Assembly (NCBI RefSeq): GCF_041146345.1
Contig: NW_027191402.1
Location: 868,001-932,000, forward strand
Direction of reading: 5' to 3'
Length of the DNA stretch: 64,000 bases
From: Neodothiora populina
Lineage: Eukaryota
Under the pieces are notes generated by a model, which did not search any database, was not told the origin of the DNA, and saw only the letters and a program-made list of their open reading frames with translations. Both the position numbers and the translations under genes were made by a program. This document shows, piece after piece, positions 49,927 to 61,376 of the stretch (position 1 is the stretch's first letter; each line of letters starts with the position of its first letter).

Positions 49927-51423
49927 TCAATCAAAAACCTGCCGACAACTAATATTCAACCTCTTTCCGACCATGAAACCCCTCCACTTCTCATACACAT
50001 CCTCGTCCTCTTCATCAGCGACTCCCGCACCCATACCCCTTTCGCTACCCACAGGCCACTCCCTCATGAACTCCGGACACGTACCCGGAATGACCTTGGG
50101 CATCGCATGCCACGCCCAGCGCGTCGCGCCAGACATGATGACCACATCGCCGGACTTGACGCGCAGGACAATAATCTTCCTATCTGCTTCTGCGCCCTCA
50201 CCCTCACCCTCACCCTCCTCCGCCTTCGCATCCTCTGCTGGAACAGTACTATCAGCAGCAATGACGAACAGCCCATCACATCCCAGACTAAAACTCGCGA
50301 GCGGCAAATCGCAGGTCTCACTGACATCTCGGTGCACCGGCATGTAGTCCTTGGTGCTATATAGCAGCACGACGCCGCTCTCGGCCTTGGTCGTCGTGGC
50401 GGGAAACAGATGCGAGACGAGAGATTCGATGTCGGGTGGGAAGCGTGTCGAGTCTAGACCCGAGTAGCTGCGCGTCGGCCAGTTGTATTGGTGGCCTAGC
50501 GTTAGCCAGCGGAGTTTTTTTGTTAGATGCTGGGCTGGATTTAGGGGTTTGAGGGGTTTGTTAGTGGTGGTGCTGGAAGGGAGGGGGCGGAGGGTCCATT
50601 TGTTGGCGTTGTTTTTCGTGCCGTTGGATTGGGGCGGTAGAGTGAAGAAGGAGTGGCGGGGTGCTTGGGGGTCGTTGGGTTGGTCTTGCTCGTTGGTGTC
50701 ATTAGATGTTGAAGAAGTGTCGTCTTCGGATTTTGACTCGATCAACAGCGGATATGGTACGTCGTATTCTGAGTTTATGTTTGTCTTGTGGTTGGGGTTG
50801 GAGAGATCACGGTGCATGATCCGAGACAGGAAGAGGACTTGGATCTCGGGCGGGAGAAGTGAGTGATATAGCTGTAGGCCTTTGCATTGGCGCTGTGTTA
50901 ATTCTCTTGTTCTTGACAATATAATGGTCTGTTACTTTTACGGGAAATGCCAAGACCACCACGAGGAGGCAATATGTGCTGGCCCAAAGATGAAGAAGGA
51001 AGAACAAAGAATAGGTCAACGATACGTACCAGGGAAATCGTCGAATTCATAGACATTACATGCCTTGGGCCTCTCGTCGTCCAGCCACCTCTCTCCTTCC
51101 CCTTCATCACCACTCCCATCTTGTCCAAAGTATTTGAACGCCCTCCCAGCCTCAGCGATAGTCTCAGAGGAAACAGTCTTTACAACATGAATCTTCTCTG
51201 CTTGGGCAGGGCTCAGCCCGCGTCCAAAGTCGACTACATCAGGATCATTGTCGAGATCGGCAGGTTTTATTTTGTTGTACTTCCAATATGCTTCGCAAAT
51301 GTGATCCGGGGGCAAGGCATGGGTATCTCTGGCTGGTCTACTCTGGCGTCAGGTGATTTCGGTTAGTTCTTGATGTTGGTTTCTTTTATAAATAACAATC
51401 ATTTGCCTGAGTCTTCTTTTCAT
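49927..51423 (-). CDS. AlkB-family Fe(II)/2-oxoglutarate dioxygenase (ALKBH1-like), 3 exons
   Basis: KKLRWLTLGHQYNW, HxD motif MPVHRDVSE, SFSLGCDGLF, SGDVVIMSG..WAWHAMPKV, RLNISCRQV. Intron 51029-50880. The first exon and first intron are inferred (ATG at 51423). Confidence 0.88.
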
Positions 51424-52046
51424 GTGGCGAATTGTAGAGCTTTCCTCGAAATTTAAAATGCGAAAGTAATGCGGTATGCTCCACATCCAGGAAGAGCACA
51501 GTAGGTTATAAGGAAGCCATATCAAGAATGGCATGACACAGAATATGGGTGCCCCATCATATAAAAAGACATGGCAACGAAAATGAATAGAAATGTTTCA
51601 ATGCTTACATTACTAGTCGGCGTATCTGAAGGTGAAACCTCGGCCGCGTCCGAAAGATCCATTGTCTTGCTGATAAATTATTTCTCAATATCACAGTTGT
51701 CATGCTACGGCCATACATGTATGGGCTACAGATACGTGGGTAACCACAAGTCTTGTGACTCGATTACTGATTTGTTAGGAAATTTGTCGTTCCGTCGGGA
51801 CGTCGCAGCCACACATTGTGGCTTTAGGTTGTGGCTCAGCAACACACTCTAATTAGGCAAAGTTTGACTGTGAACTAGCCTGTCATGACTTGCATTCTAC
51901 TGTACTCTTCCACGCTTGTCTAAATGAACAATATCAGAACAGGCAAGCAGTCTACAAAATGGCATTAATCTCAGATCGTTGGTAAACAATAGGTCCACAA
52001 TGTATTAGGAAAAGATGTAGGATCGAAGATTGGAAGCAAAAAATTG

Positions 52047-52137
52047 TTCCGATGCGGGGAATTGAACCCCGGCCTTGCCGGATCTTCTGCTGTGAAGTAG
52101 TGAGAGCGGCAAATCCTAGCCACTAGACCACATCGGA
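52047..52137 (-). tRNA. tRNA-Glu(CTC) with 19-nt intron (52100-52082)
   Basis: Minus strand reads TCCGATG TG GTC TAGTGGCTA GGAT T TGCCG CT CTC A [intron] C CGGCA AGGC CGGGG TTCAATT CCCCG CATCGGA A, followed by a T6 terminator. Confidence 0.95.
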
Positions 52138-53349
52138 TTTGATACGATTGGAGCCGACACATCTGTATATATATTTCTGCAACTCAAGGCATCGGTCAAT
52201 CGTCGATGGTCTCCATAACAGCCACAGACATGATCGATGGCTAAGCCGTGTGAATCTATGTGAACAGGCACTTGCGTGCCTATCTTGTCACAATATTACA
52301 TGCTTGTGATTAAGACCAAGAGGATGCTGACCACTCGCCGACCGTCAAACCGCTCTGGTTGCAGGCAACAGCATGAGGCTGTCGAAAAGAAATAATGCGG
52401 ACATTGATGTCCGACAGCGCACCAAAGGAGACACTCCGACATGCCTTATGATTCCTGTCAAGGGAGGCTACAAGACTGGTACGAACAGGAGGACTTAGCG
52501 AAATGCCAACAACTCTGCCAACATACGAAGCCGGTAATTAGCTGCTTGTCAGGGAGGGAAAATGTAAGTCTTTCTCGCGAGGACAATTCCGGAGCTGCCT
52601 CCAGCTGTATATTGGCAGCTGGAATGAAGTCTACAAACGTGCAATACATGTTGCGTCTAATCCTCGTGTATATCGAGTTTAAAGTGCCTACCAAGACACA
52701 TGAGACAACCCCAGCCAGCCATGGGAGTAGCTGCCAAGTATCTAGATCCACGAAGGAGGCCAACTCAAAGATGTGACACGGCTGAAATAAGGTGTTTTTC
52801 CAACCTTGCATCTATTCTCACAAGATCTGATCTCGTCTGTGCGCACTTAAACGAGAGTGCATGTGTCAGTCGATTGGTAGACGCTAAACACTTCAACATG
52901 CAGGGAAACGGGAAGGACCAGCAGAAGAGGCGCGAGATGGCAGATGGTGGACACGAGGGCCTACCAAAAAAAAATGTCCCCGTAACATTAAATTGATTAA
53001 GCAAAGGAAACAAAAGCCCTGCATCATGGAGGCGCAAGCCCTCGTGTAAGCCCAAGGGACCATTCTAAGGGTGTGAGAAGTGACTTTAGAACCATAGAAA
53101 CTGCGGAGAATTCAGCGACGGACTTGACCTCATCAAGTCTGTCTGAACGAGGTTGCCTTTCATACAGTAACGACTATGCAAGTCTGCAGTAATTGACCTT
53201 GTCCAGATTGAAGTAAGGTAGCATTTACAATAGTTCATGAGATTGATGAAGCTGGACCCAACCCCGCAAATCTTGTTTCAAGGCCTTGGGTCCAGCCCTG
53301 CCCATTGGCAAACCTAAAATAGACAGCGAGAAGACGTCCGCTACATCAT

Positions 53350-53800
53350 GTGCTGTATCTTGTACTTGCCATCCATGAGAAACCTGAGCAACCGTACAAA
53401 TTGATCAATATCCTGCCCTGGTCAATTATAGAATTGGAAAACTTCTCTTCTCGTGTTCGAACGGTATCTCATTTTGACAAGCTACCAGAGTTTGATGCCC
53501 TGTCTACCAGTCGGCGCAATCTCGCAGGAAGAGAAACGCTCATTAGTCTTGTGTATTCAGCCACATCCCCGAGGCGGGGCACGCAGCAAGAAGTCTCCCA
53601 CTCGTCAGATCCGAACACAATATCAAGTCAGAGATGGCGTATGTGTAGACAGATAGTCACAGTGGCCTAACGTAGCCCAGATGCTTGGATGTCGGACAGT
53701 CAACTTATATCAATGGGTCTTGGCATTATTGAGAGCAGGGCAAGGCAAAGAGTGGTAAATGGGGCGGCCATGGGGCGTCCAGACGTTGGTTGTGCCATCC
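53350..53800 (+). pseudogene. Possible relic of a HET (heterokaryon incompatibility) domain gene
   Basis: YKLINI...HFDKLPEFDALS resembles the HET P-x-Y-x-ALS motif. In another frame, AYV*TDS (TAG in place of TGG) resembles YxWID. Confidence 0.3.
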
Positions 53801-54832
53801 CCCACAGAAGCATTATAGACGCCTCATGGCTGCCCACTTCTGCTCTCTTTCCAGTATTGCCAATACTCACCCACGTCTCTCTCTTTCTTTCTGCGCGCTA
53901 TGTTTCCTCTTGTCATTCCCTCCAATGATGCCCCACAGCGCCATCCACGATAAGACCGAAGATAGTTCGACCTCCTAATCATATACACGTGAGTTATGCG
54001 CCTCTCCTGCCACCACCGCTGTTACTGTTTTCTTTCCTGCTCGTGCTCGCTTGCGTCCTCCAATCACACTCGGAGAAAACACAGTATTCATGGTTTGAAA
54101 GTCGTATCCGTTGGCCTTTGTCACCTCCCTGTCCACACGGCGTACGCCGAGCGTGTGCGCCTTCGGACTGACGGAGCTACTGAAGTCTGGCGGGAGGTGC
54201 TTTACTATGGGATTCTCTACTGTATTAGTAACGCAATATGGAGTATGAGGCGCTTGCACTTGTGCTTTAAGCTTGGTTGGAGGCGTGACGGATCTTGGAA
54301 CATCTTCGGTCGGCTATTGGATTGTACCAATGCACATAGGTTATGTACTTGTCTGGGCAGCGTTTTGATGTACTCTGTTAGTAGTCCGCTTGCAAGGTTT
54401 GTGTATTCTGGTCGCGGGACCTGGCGGCTATGGACATAGTATGCATAAAGATTAAGCAAAAGGAAGGATATGAGTCAGGGGGTGGCTACTGTCGCGACAT
54501 CCCCATAACCTTCAATCACGAAATGATCTGTCGCAATAGCAATGGCAATTCAAGTCGTAGTTTCGTGGTATCTAGCGTATGCGTGTCCTGCGACGGTTTT
54601 CGGGAACAGCAAGCTGACAATATGTGCCTGCATGTGCCCTGCATGGATTCAAATCTGCCTCGATTTCTCTCCTCCCTTCCTTCTCCCTGCAGCCCCGGCG
54701 CCTCCTTCAGCATCGCCGCCACCATCTGCCTTCCCCTTGATAAGTTACTCTCCTACATTCAGCCTCATATAAACGCATATGCATGTATACATCCGCTACA
54801 CTATCACTCTATCGACGCCATGGCTACACACT

Positions 54833-56227
54833 TTACTGCTTTGCAGCAGCCACGGCTGGCACTTCCTCCTCCAAAGGCAGAATATCCGGAAGAGGTCCGA
54901 CCGGTGTGATAGAGTATTGGTTAATCTGCTTGTGGCTTTTCGTATAGTGATACTTGATGTGCTCAAATTGAGTTGTGCTGCCGTAAGCTTCGTGGTTCCA
55001 GTACAAGTTACGCATCCACCTAGTCACAGAACGACAAGCGTTAGTCATGAGAGCTACACAAAGACATGGCCGATGAATACGGGGCGATGGAAATGATATA
55101 CTTGTGCAAATGCGGATATCCGCTGCGAATATCCCGTATGTTGCACTTGAAGTGCTGAACATAGACTGGATCGAAGCGAATGATGGTTGTGTAAAGACGA
55201 ATGTCCGCTTCAGTCATTCTATCGCCGAAGTAGAACGGACCGCCAGACTTGGCCAAGTCAGACTCGGCATGATCGAGCGATTTGAACAGCGTCTTAACGT
55301 TCTTGTCGTACGCCTCCTGAGTGCTATTGTGGTCTAGGTCAGCTGTGTGACTGAGTCATCTCTGGGCACTGAACATACGTGGCGAATCCAGACTTGTAGA
55401 CACCGTTGTTGATGTCGTTGTAAGTCCACTCATTGGTCTCCTCAATCTGATTCTCGAGGGCTGACGGCAATAGGTCGATCTTGGCGTATTTCTCCGGAAG
55501 GAGATGATCGAACTCACGGTAGAACATCCTGATGATTTCACTGCTCTCATTGTTGACAATGCACTTCTGCTTCTTATCATACAAGGTTGGTACGGTAAAG
55601 CGACCCCTGTAGTCCTTGTTGTTCTCAAAGTAAATATCACGAAGGTGGCTGTACTGCTCATGTACTGGATCAGGGACGGTGTTCTCTCCAGGAACGTCTT
55701 CGCCGGCTGTTGCGAATCTCCATCCTGCCATATCGTAAGCATCTTCAACAGGGCATGAAAGGCTAGAGATGAGCTGACCCTTTTCCAGCATCTCCCAGTG
55801 AACAGAGGTAAAAGTAATGTAATCTTCAAGCCCCTTGAGTTTACGGACAATCAAAGCACGGTGTGCTGTAGAAGTCAGCCGTACGTTCTTACCAGGCATC
55901 AAATCAATATACGAACCCCATGGGCATGCGTAGGAAACATAAAGATGATATCTATCCTTTTCTGCTGGGAAGCGAGCACCAGGCTCTTTTGAGATCCAAT
56001 CACGGAAGACAGACTGCTGTCTCTTAAACTCTCCAGACTTGTCCTTTGGGTCAACCCAGTGGAGGATGCCCTGGTAGCCTTCGCTTTGCTTTCCGTCGGT
56101 CTTGGATTAGTTAGCGGCAGTACTGTTACAAAGCGACAAACGATGTCCAACCTACAGCCATTGCTCGAAAGTTTGTGGGTCTGATATGGCAACTGATTAG
56201 ACGTGAACGTGACAGTATGGAGAGCAT
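54833..56227 (-). CDS. Omega/Xi-class glutathione transferase (glutathionyl-hydroquinone reductase, ECM4-like), 6 exons
   Basis: GEFKRQQSVFRDWI, RYHLYVSYACPW|AHR, FTVPTLYDKK..IVNNESSEIIRM, INNGVYKSGFA, TEADIRLYTTIIRFDPVY, HIKYHYTKSH. Confidence 0.93.
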
Positions 56228-57803
56228 GCGTCGATGATATATGATTGACAGTCTATCTTTAAAAGAATTGAGGCAATGTTGACAAGTCTATTACGAGTGC
56301 TCTCATCCAGTACGTGTAAGCAGAGTGGGGGTTTGTAGTCGATGAGCTCATACCATGCCTAATTTACATGCATTTTCACAGACTTAGCTATCATTGTATG
56401 GTCTTGGCATGTAGTCCCAGCTAACTTATTTCAGGGCAATGGATAAAGCTTGGCAAGTGGATGGAAATCTCGATCAAAGAAAGGGTTTCGTTGTGAGTGG
56501 CGTCAATAGATATGCCAGCCTAACAACACTGTTCAATATTACTCACGATAGTATTGACAGAGGAGGCGTATGGCTGTGTGGCTATCGACAACAACCTGTG
56601 CATAGCTTCGAGAGATGCTTTCACAGTCTAAGCTCTAATCGGACTGGAGTCGATCTCGACCGAAAAGTCTCAGCCCGCGGACTCAGACTTGGGCATCTGA
56701 ATCAATACGCCTAGAGATATGTCCGGGGTTGATTCAGTGATTCAAGTAGTTCCGCGAACATACGAATGGAAGGTTCTACCGCGATCAGCAACTCTCGCCT
56801 ACGACTGCTTGACTGAACATCAAGGGGGAGTCCTCTCATGTACTGAGGTATCTTGCTCCAGTGATTTGATACAAACAGTTGGCTATCTGCAATCTTTTTG
56901 AAGAAAACATTCCATCTCAGATTTTCGGTATAGCTTTGCACTTCATTATTAACCTCCTGGAGATCCGAAAACTGTTCACCGCCGAAGTCGAAGAGACTCG
57001 ATTATGCAGACGCAGGCGCTAGTTTCTGCAGTGGATCAAGAAAGCGCTGTCAACTCCTATTCGTTCGGAAGTGCTCAGCAAATTCTCGGGCAGATCTGCC
57101 GAACCCCAAGCAACTGCGCGCTTTAAGCACGTCAACCCTTGGAGCGCTGACACTTTTGACGCACGTCTGCCGTTGTAGACGGACTGTTTTCTCAGGGATC
57201 GTCAGCTTCGGCCTGCCCTTGTGGCTGGTTTGTTACTTTGCGTGTTGTACCCTTTGGGACGAGCCTTAATCCAAGCACCCAAGCAGCCTCATCCTCGAGC
57301 CACGGATCGACCGATTGCTCTCCCGCCACGCGAGTAGTGTCTTGGACCCAATCCAGTATTGATGCCATACGCGCTGCATGTCAGCAGAATTGACCAGGAT
57401 TGCTTTCTCGATCGAGACGCTGCTGCGTAAGTTTCAGGAGAAAGATTCTCCAGAAGTTCACGCAACGATCTACATGTATGCTACCTGGTCGAGCGTTACC
57501 GTGTGTAGCCTTTGGGAGACCTGTACTCTCGAAGCTGTTGTTACTAAGGCAGACTTGAAGCGGATTTCTTCGCTATGGAAATGAGTTCGCCGTTATGCAG
57601 TCACTATTCTAGCGGCAACGGTTGTAGTACTGCCATCTCACCTGGCAGCGAGGAAGCAAGGCCTCTCCTGATCGATCATAGCTTATTCTTGGGGAAACAT
57701 ATAATCTGAGCAGCGTCCATCCACATCGACGGGTCCATCAACAATCTATCAGTCTCAGACCTCGACTATACAACAAAACTAGATACACATACTAAACCTC
57801 ATA

Positions 57804-58577
57804 ATGGACTCTTCATGTCTACCACTTGATGCTGCTCACATCAACAAACATCAAGTTCAGCCATACCTTTCTATACAACAACAATGCTGGCTCTTACAGC
57901 AACCTTGCGACTCTGGATATGCAGAAGGCAATGATGACTTGTTCTCACAAGCATTCAAGTCATACGAAGCCAATATGCAATCTATCAACCAATGGGTCAT
58001 TGCAGCACAGAACACTCCTGCTTTGACAAATTCATCATCAGCTCCCAGCCCGTTCGAATATGCAGATTCACTTGTGCTTCCTCCTAAACAATGGCAGCCC
58101 TATGAGGCAAGCTACAGCACTGCATACTGTCTCGACGGACCTGCTGCATACAACTCACCTCACTACCATAAGAGCGAAGGCAGTGAAGGCAGCACTCCTT
58201 ACTCTCAGGATTTTTGCCAGTCATCAATGCCTACTGAGATGCCAGCACTTCAGCCTACTCCTATGGAAGAGTGTGTCTCCACCACCGGGGCCAGCTCTGT
58301 CTCTCAGCCTCGTCAAAGGGAACATCACACTGCAGTAGAACAACGATACCGTAAGAACCTCAACGACCAGTTCAACAGTCTGAGATTAGCAGTCCCTGAC
58401 ATTCAGACCTCTCAACCACAGCGCGCTGGTCAGCCTGCAAGGCCTAGCAAATGCGAGGTCCTCGCTGGCGCCGTCGATTACATCAAAAGGCTCGAGGACG
58501 AAGTACGGGCCCTGAAGATCAACTTGACCGGTGATGAGAATGAAGCAAGCCGGAAACGAGCGAGGACAATGATCTGA
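57804..58577 (+). CDS. bHLH transcription factor, SREBP-type basic region, 257 aa
   Basis: REHHTAVEQRYRKNLNDQFNSLRLAVP...PSKCEVLAGAVDYIKRLE; C-terminal NLS-like RKRAR. Confidence 0.88.
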   Translation: MDSSCLPLDAAHINKHQVQPYLSIQQQCWLLQQPCDSGYAEGNDDLFSQAFKSYEANMQSINQWVIAAQNTPALTNSSSAPSPFEYADSLVLPPKQWQPYEASYSTAYCLDGPAAYNSPHYHKSEGSEGSTPYSQDFCQSSMPTEMPALQPTPMEECVSTTGASSVSQPRQREHHTAVEQRYRKNLNDQFNSLRLAVPDIQTSQPQRAGQPARPSKCEVLAGAVDYIKRLEDEVRALKINLTGDENEASRKRARTMI

Positions 58578-59199
58578 TTGCTTGCTCAGTTTTACTTTGG
58601 GCATGCTTTCCAACATTCGTTGACGACGTTACGAACAGCTTTGGGATCGGTGTATTGGTAGCGTAGTTTTTCTCTTCTTATTAGTATCAACTCCTATGTA
58701 TGTATACCATGTTAATAATAGGAGATAATCAGTATAATAAGACATTGTAGATTTCAGAAAACCTGCAATCTTCCCTCCTTCGAACAACTGACAACAGCCA
58801 GTGTGCCAGTCACTAGTCGTTCCACTTTCTGGCTTCTCCTTGGGACCGTCTTGTGTTTTATTTCGGAACGACTTTTTAACGAATTATCAGACCCATTCTG
58901 CATTGTCTGTCTATCTTCATCAGACTTTTGAAAGGGCGTACACGATCTTGGACGCTTTTTCCTATCATAAAGATATGTCATGGATCGCAGACTGTCGTTA
59001 CCAGACTTTGTGTCTCAGATTTTGATCCAGGCCCGGCCAGATCCTTAGCGTGGACATCCTCGAAAAAGGTACCACGTGGGGAAGACGGTGACAATAACGA
59101 GAGGCTAACACGGAAGTCTTACTCAATCCCACTCACATCCATTCGTCTAAAGGTGCTTTCTTCGCATACGATAGGGGAACGCTGATCGACCAACAAGTA

Positions 59200-61100
59200 C
59201 TTCCAAGACAATTACATCTATATCACCTCATAATGCCCCGTTTCAGCCTTGCCTCCTAGAAAACGGCACTTTGTATCATAAGGCGCGCTGTTAATGTTCC
59301 CAGTCACAACAGTCCCCTTCCATGACTCGTGAACATGATCTTGGACTGTAGGCTCGATGTAATATTGAGAGTGTCTAACGGTGAGGATCCGTCTCGTTCT
59401 GGCTGAAACCGTCGCTCATGAGCAAGGATCGCTCGTATCGTAGAGCGAGCGAGCTCCACAGGTTCGCGCATTACGCCTGAGAGTATAACACCTTGGAGCA
59501 GAAGCCTCCGCCATGAAGCTCGACCAGCGATCTCTGAGTCTCGAGGTTTGGTTTTGCTCAGGGTAATCAGTGACACATCGCTGATGATCATCTCGCCCAA
59601 TGCCTAAAGCACAGGGTCGAGCCGTCCCGCAAGTCCCGCAAGTCAAGCGAATGAGACCAGGGACCTTTACTGTGATCTGCAGGTCAGATCTTGCCTGGGC
59701 GCGGTACATGCACTCTGCCGAGACCCGCTTATAACCTTTGCGACCTATCATGTTGAGCTCCAAACTTTGCTGCGCTCAGCCACGAGTGCCACCTTGCAGG
59801 GGGAACATACCCTACGCGATAGCACTCGAATCTTGCCCGTTACTTGCAGCTTACCTCTGGAAATGGGCGTCTGACTAGTGCAAAAAGTACTAGCTTGACC
59901 CAGACTGGTCGAGCTAAGCTGTACGTCAACCACTCCTCGCAGTGTACGGAGCACGTCTTGGGCGCCATCAATGAGTCCTCGCATTCCTCGGATTCACGGA
60001 TATTGTTATCAGAGAAACATCTCAAATGTAAGATCGAACTGTGTATACTGCATTTTTCAGACGGCTCCCTGCATCTCGCTGGTCCTTGAGTCTTGCTCTG
60101 AGTTCGTCCAAGCTCCCCCCGAACTAGACTGAGCTCCTCGCGGAGTCAAGGAAATTCAATGTCATCATTGTACAGTCATCCTAAATGCTCCTCGGACGAT
60201 ATTCTAGACTTTTTGATCAGCATTGATCGACCGGTATCATACTTGCTGCATCGGTTCCCCAACCGGATTGGGCAGATACCAAAACGTCCCCAACCTCATG
60301 GTTGTGAGGTGTGGGCATCTGGAGACATGATGCAGGGATCTTTCGCATGTCCATCGACTTGGAGACGACCGGAATTGCACGGCATTGACTTTCTTAGGTG
60401 ACAGGGCCAACAGCTCAAAATACTCCACACAGAAGTAGACCATCTGTTATGTTTTAGTGCCCGCCATCATGCCCCCGAGAGCCAACCTTCGCGCCTGGGG
60501 ATAAAAAAAGTTACAGGCCCGAACGCACCATTCCTGCGGTGGGGTATCACGGACGGTAGTACCCCTGTTCACGCCCAGGAGCCAGTGCAGATGCTTCCGC
60601 TGTGCAGTTTTCTTTTGAGGCGCAGGTCATGCGAAACTTTGGCCTACAACCTCAGAAACACTGCATGAATGTGAAAGCCTCAGCCAATCAATTCACATAG
60701 CTGCTCATAGCTTCTGATCTGAACAGGGCTCCCACAACTTGACCTTCGTATAACCGAAGCAAAAGTCTTGTGATATGCCGAATCTCCATGGGAAGGAAAG
60801 CTGAACGCCATGTTGAGCATGCGCAGCCTGCACACAAGAAGCTTGTGAGTGGAAGCTGAAGGCCAGTCACATCGGTTGCCCCTTTTTACTGTCTGCATAC
60901 ATGTTCATCATTGTCAGCTCCATTTCCATATTCAGTGCGGCCGGGTTGAAGTACAACGTACAATATGATTGTAATCCTGAAACAGTACACCTGCATAAGC
61001 TGCACCACAGCCACGGTAACCAAATTGGATCCACACACAGGAAGCAACCTGAAGGTGAACGATAGTTGAGATACTTTATTGTGTCTCGGCTTTGTAGCTG
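59200..61100 (-). pseudogene. Probable heavily decayed HET-6-like gene
   Basis: Motif remnants appear in the expected order across frameshifts: TIKYL..FLCVDPI, MMNMYADS, VFLRL*, NAVYTV, WHSWL, KIMFTSHGRGLL*LG, YDTKCRFLGG, GHYEVI*. Confidence 0.45.
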
Positions 61101-61376
61101 CCTACATCCTGGTATACAAGTTTGGGTAGAATTAGGTCGATACCCAATATTGCTACGCTCAACAACGCCTTTTTGGCGCATGTCAGCTGCTGCTGCTAGC
61201 ACCCGATGCTTGCTTGCATTTGCGCACCATCAGGAGTCAAGGTGCCAAGGTGCCATACTGGCGGTACCAGACTACAGTACCGATGCTACTTGCGATTCAT
61301 GGCTGACTGTTCGCACATGAAAGATCCTCAGGTCACCTGCATACTCGTTCGCACTTCCTTGCCACCGACACCTTCG

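Noticed and set aside
49927..52137. tRNA-Glu gene next to an ALKBH1-like (tRNA-acting) dioxygenase
   Set aside because: tRNA genes are dispersed in fungal genomes, so adjacency alone gives no functional evidence.
54820..54845. GST C-terminus AKQ* as a possible cryptic peroxisomal signal
   Set aside because: AKQ is not a standard PTS1, and readthrough of the TAA would add only two more residues (SV) after the stop position.
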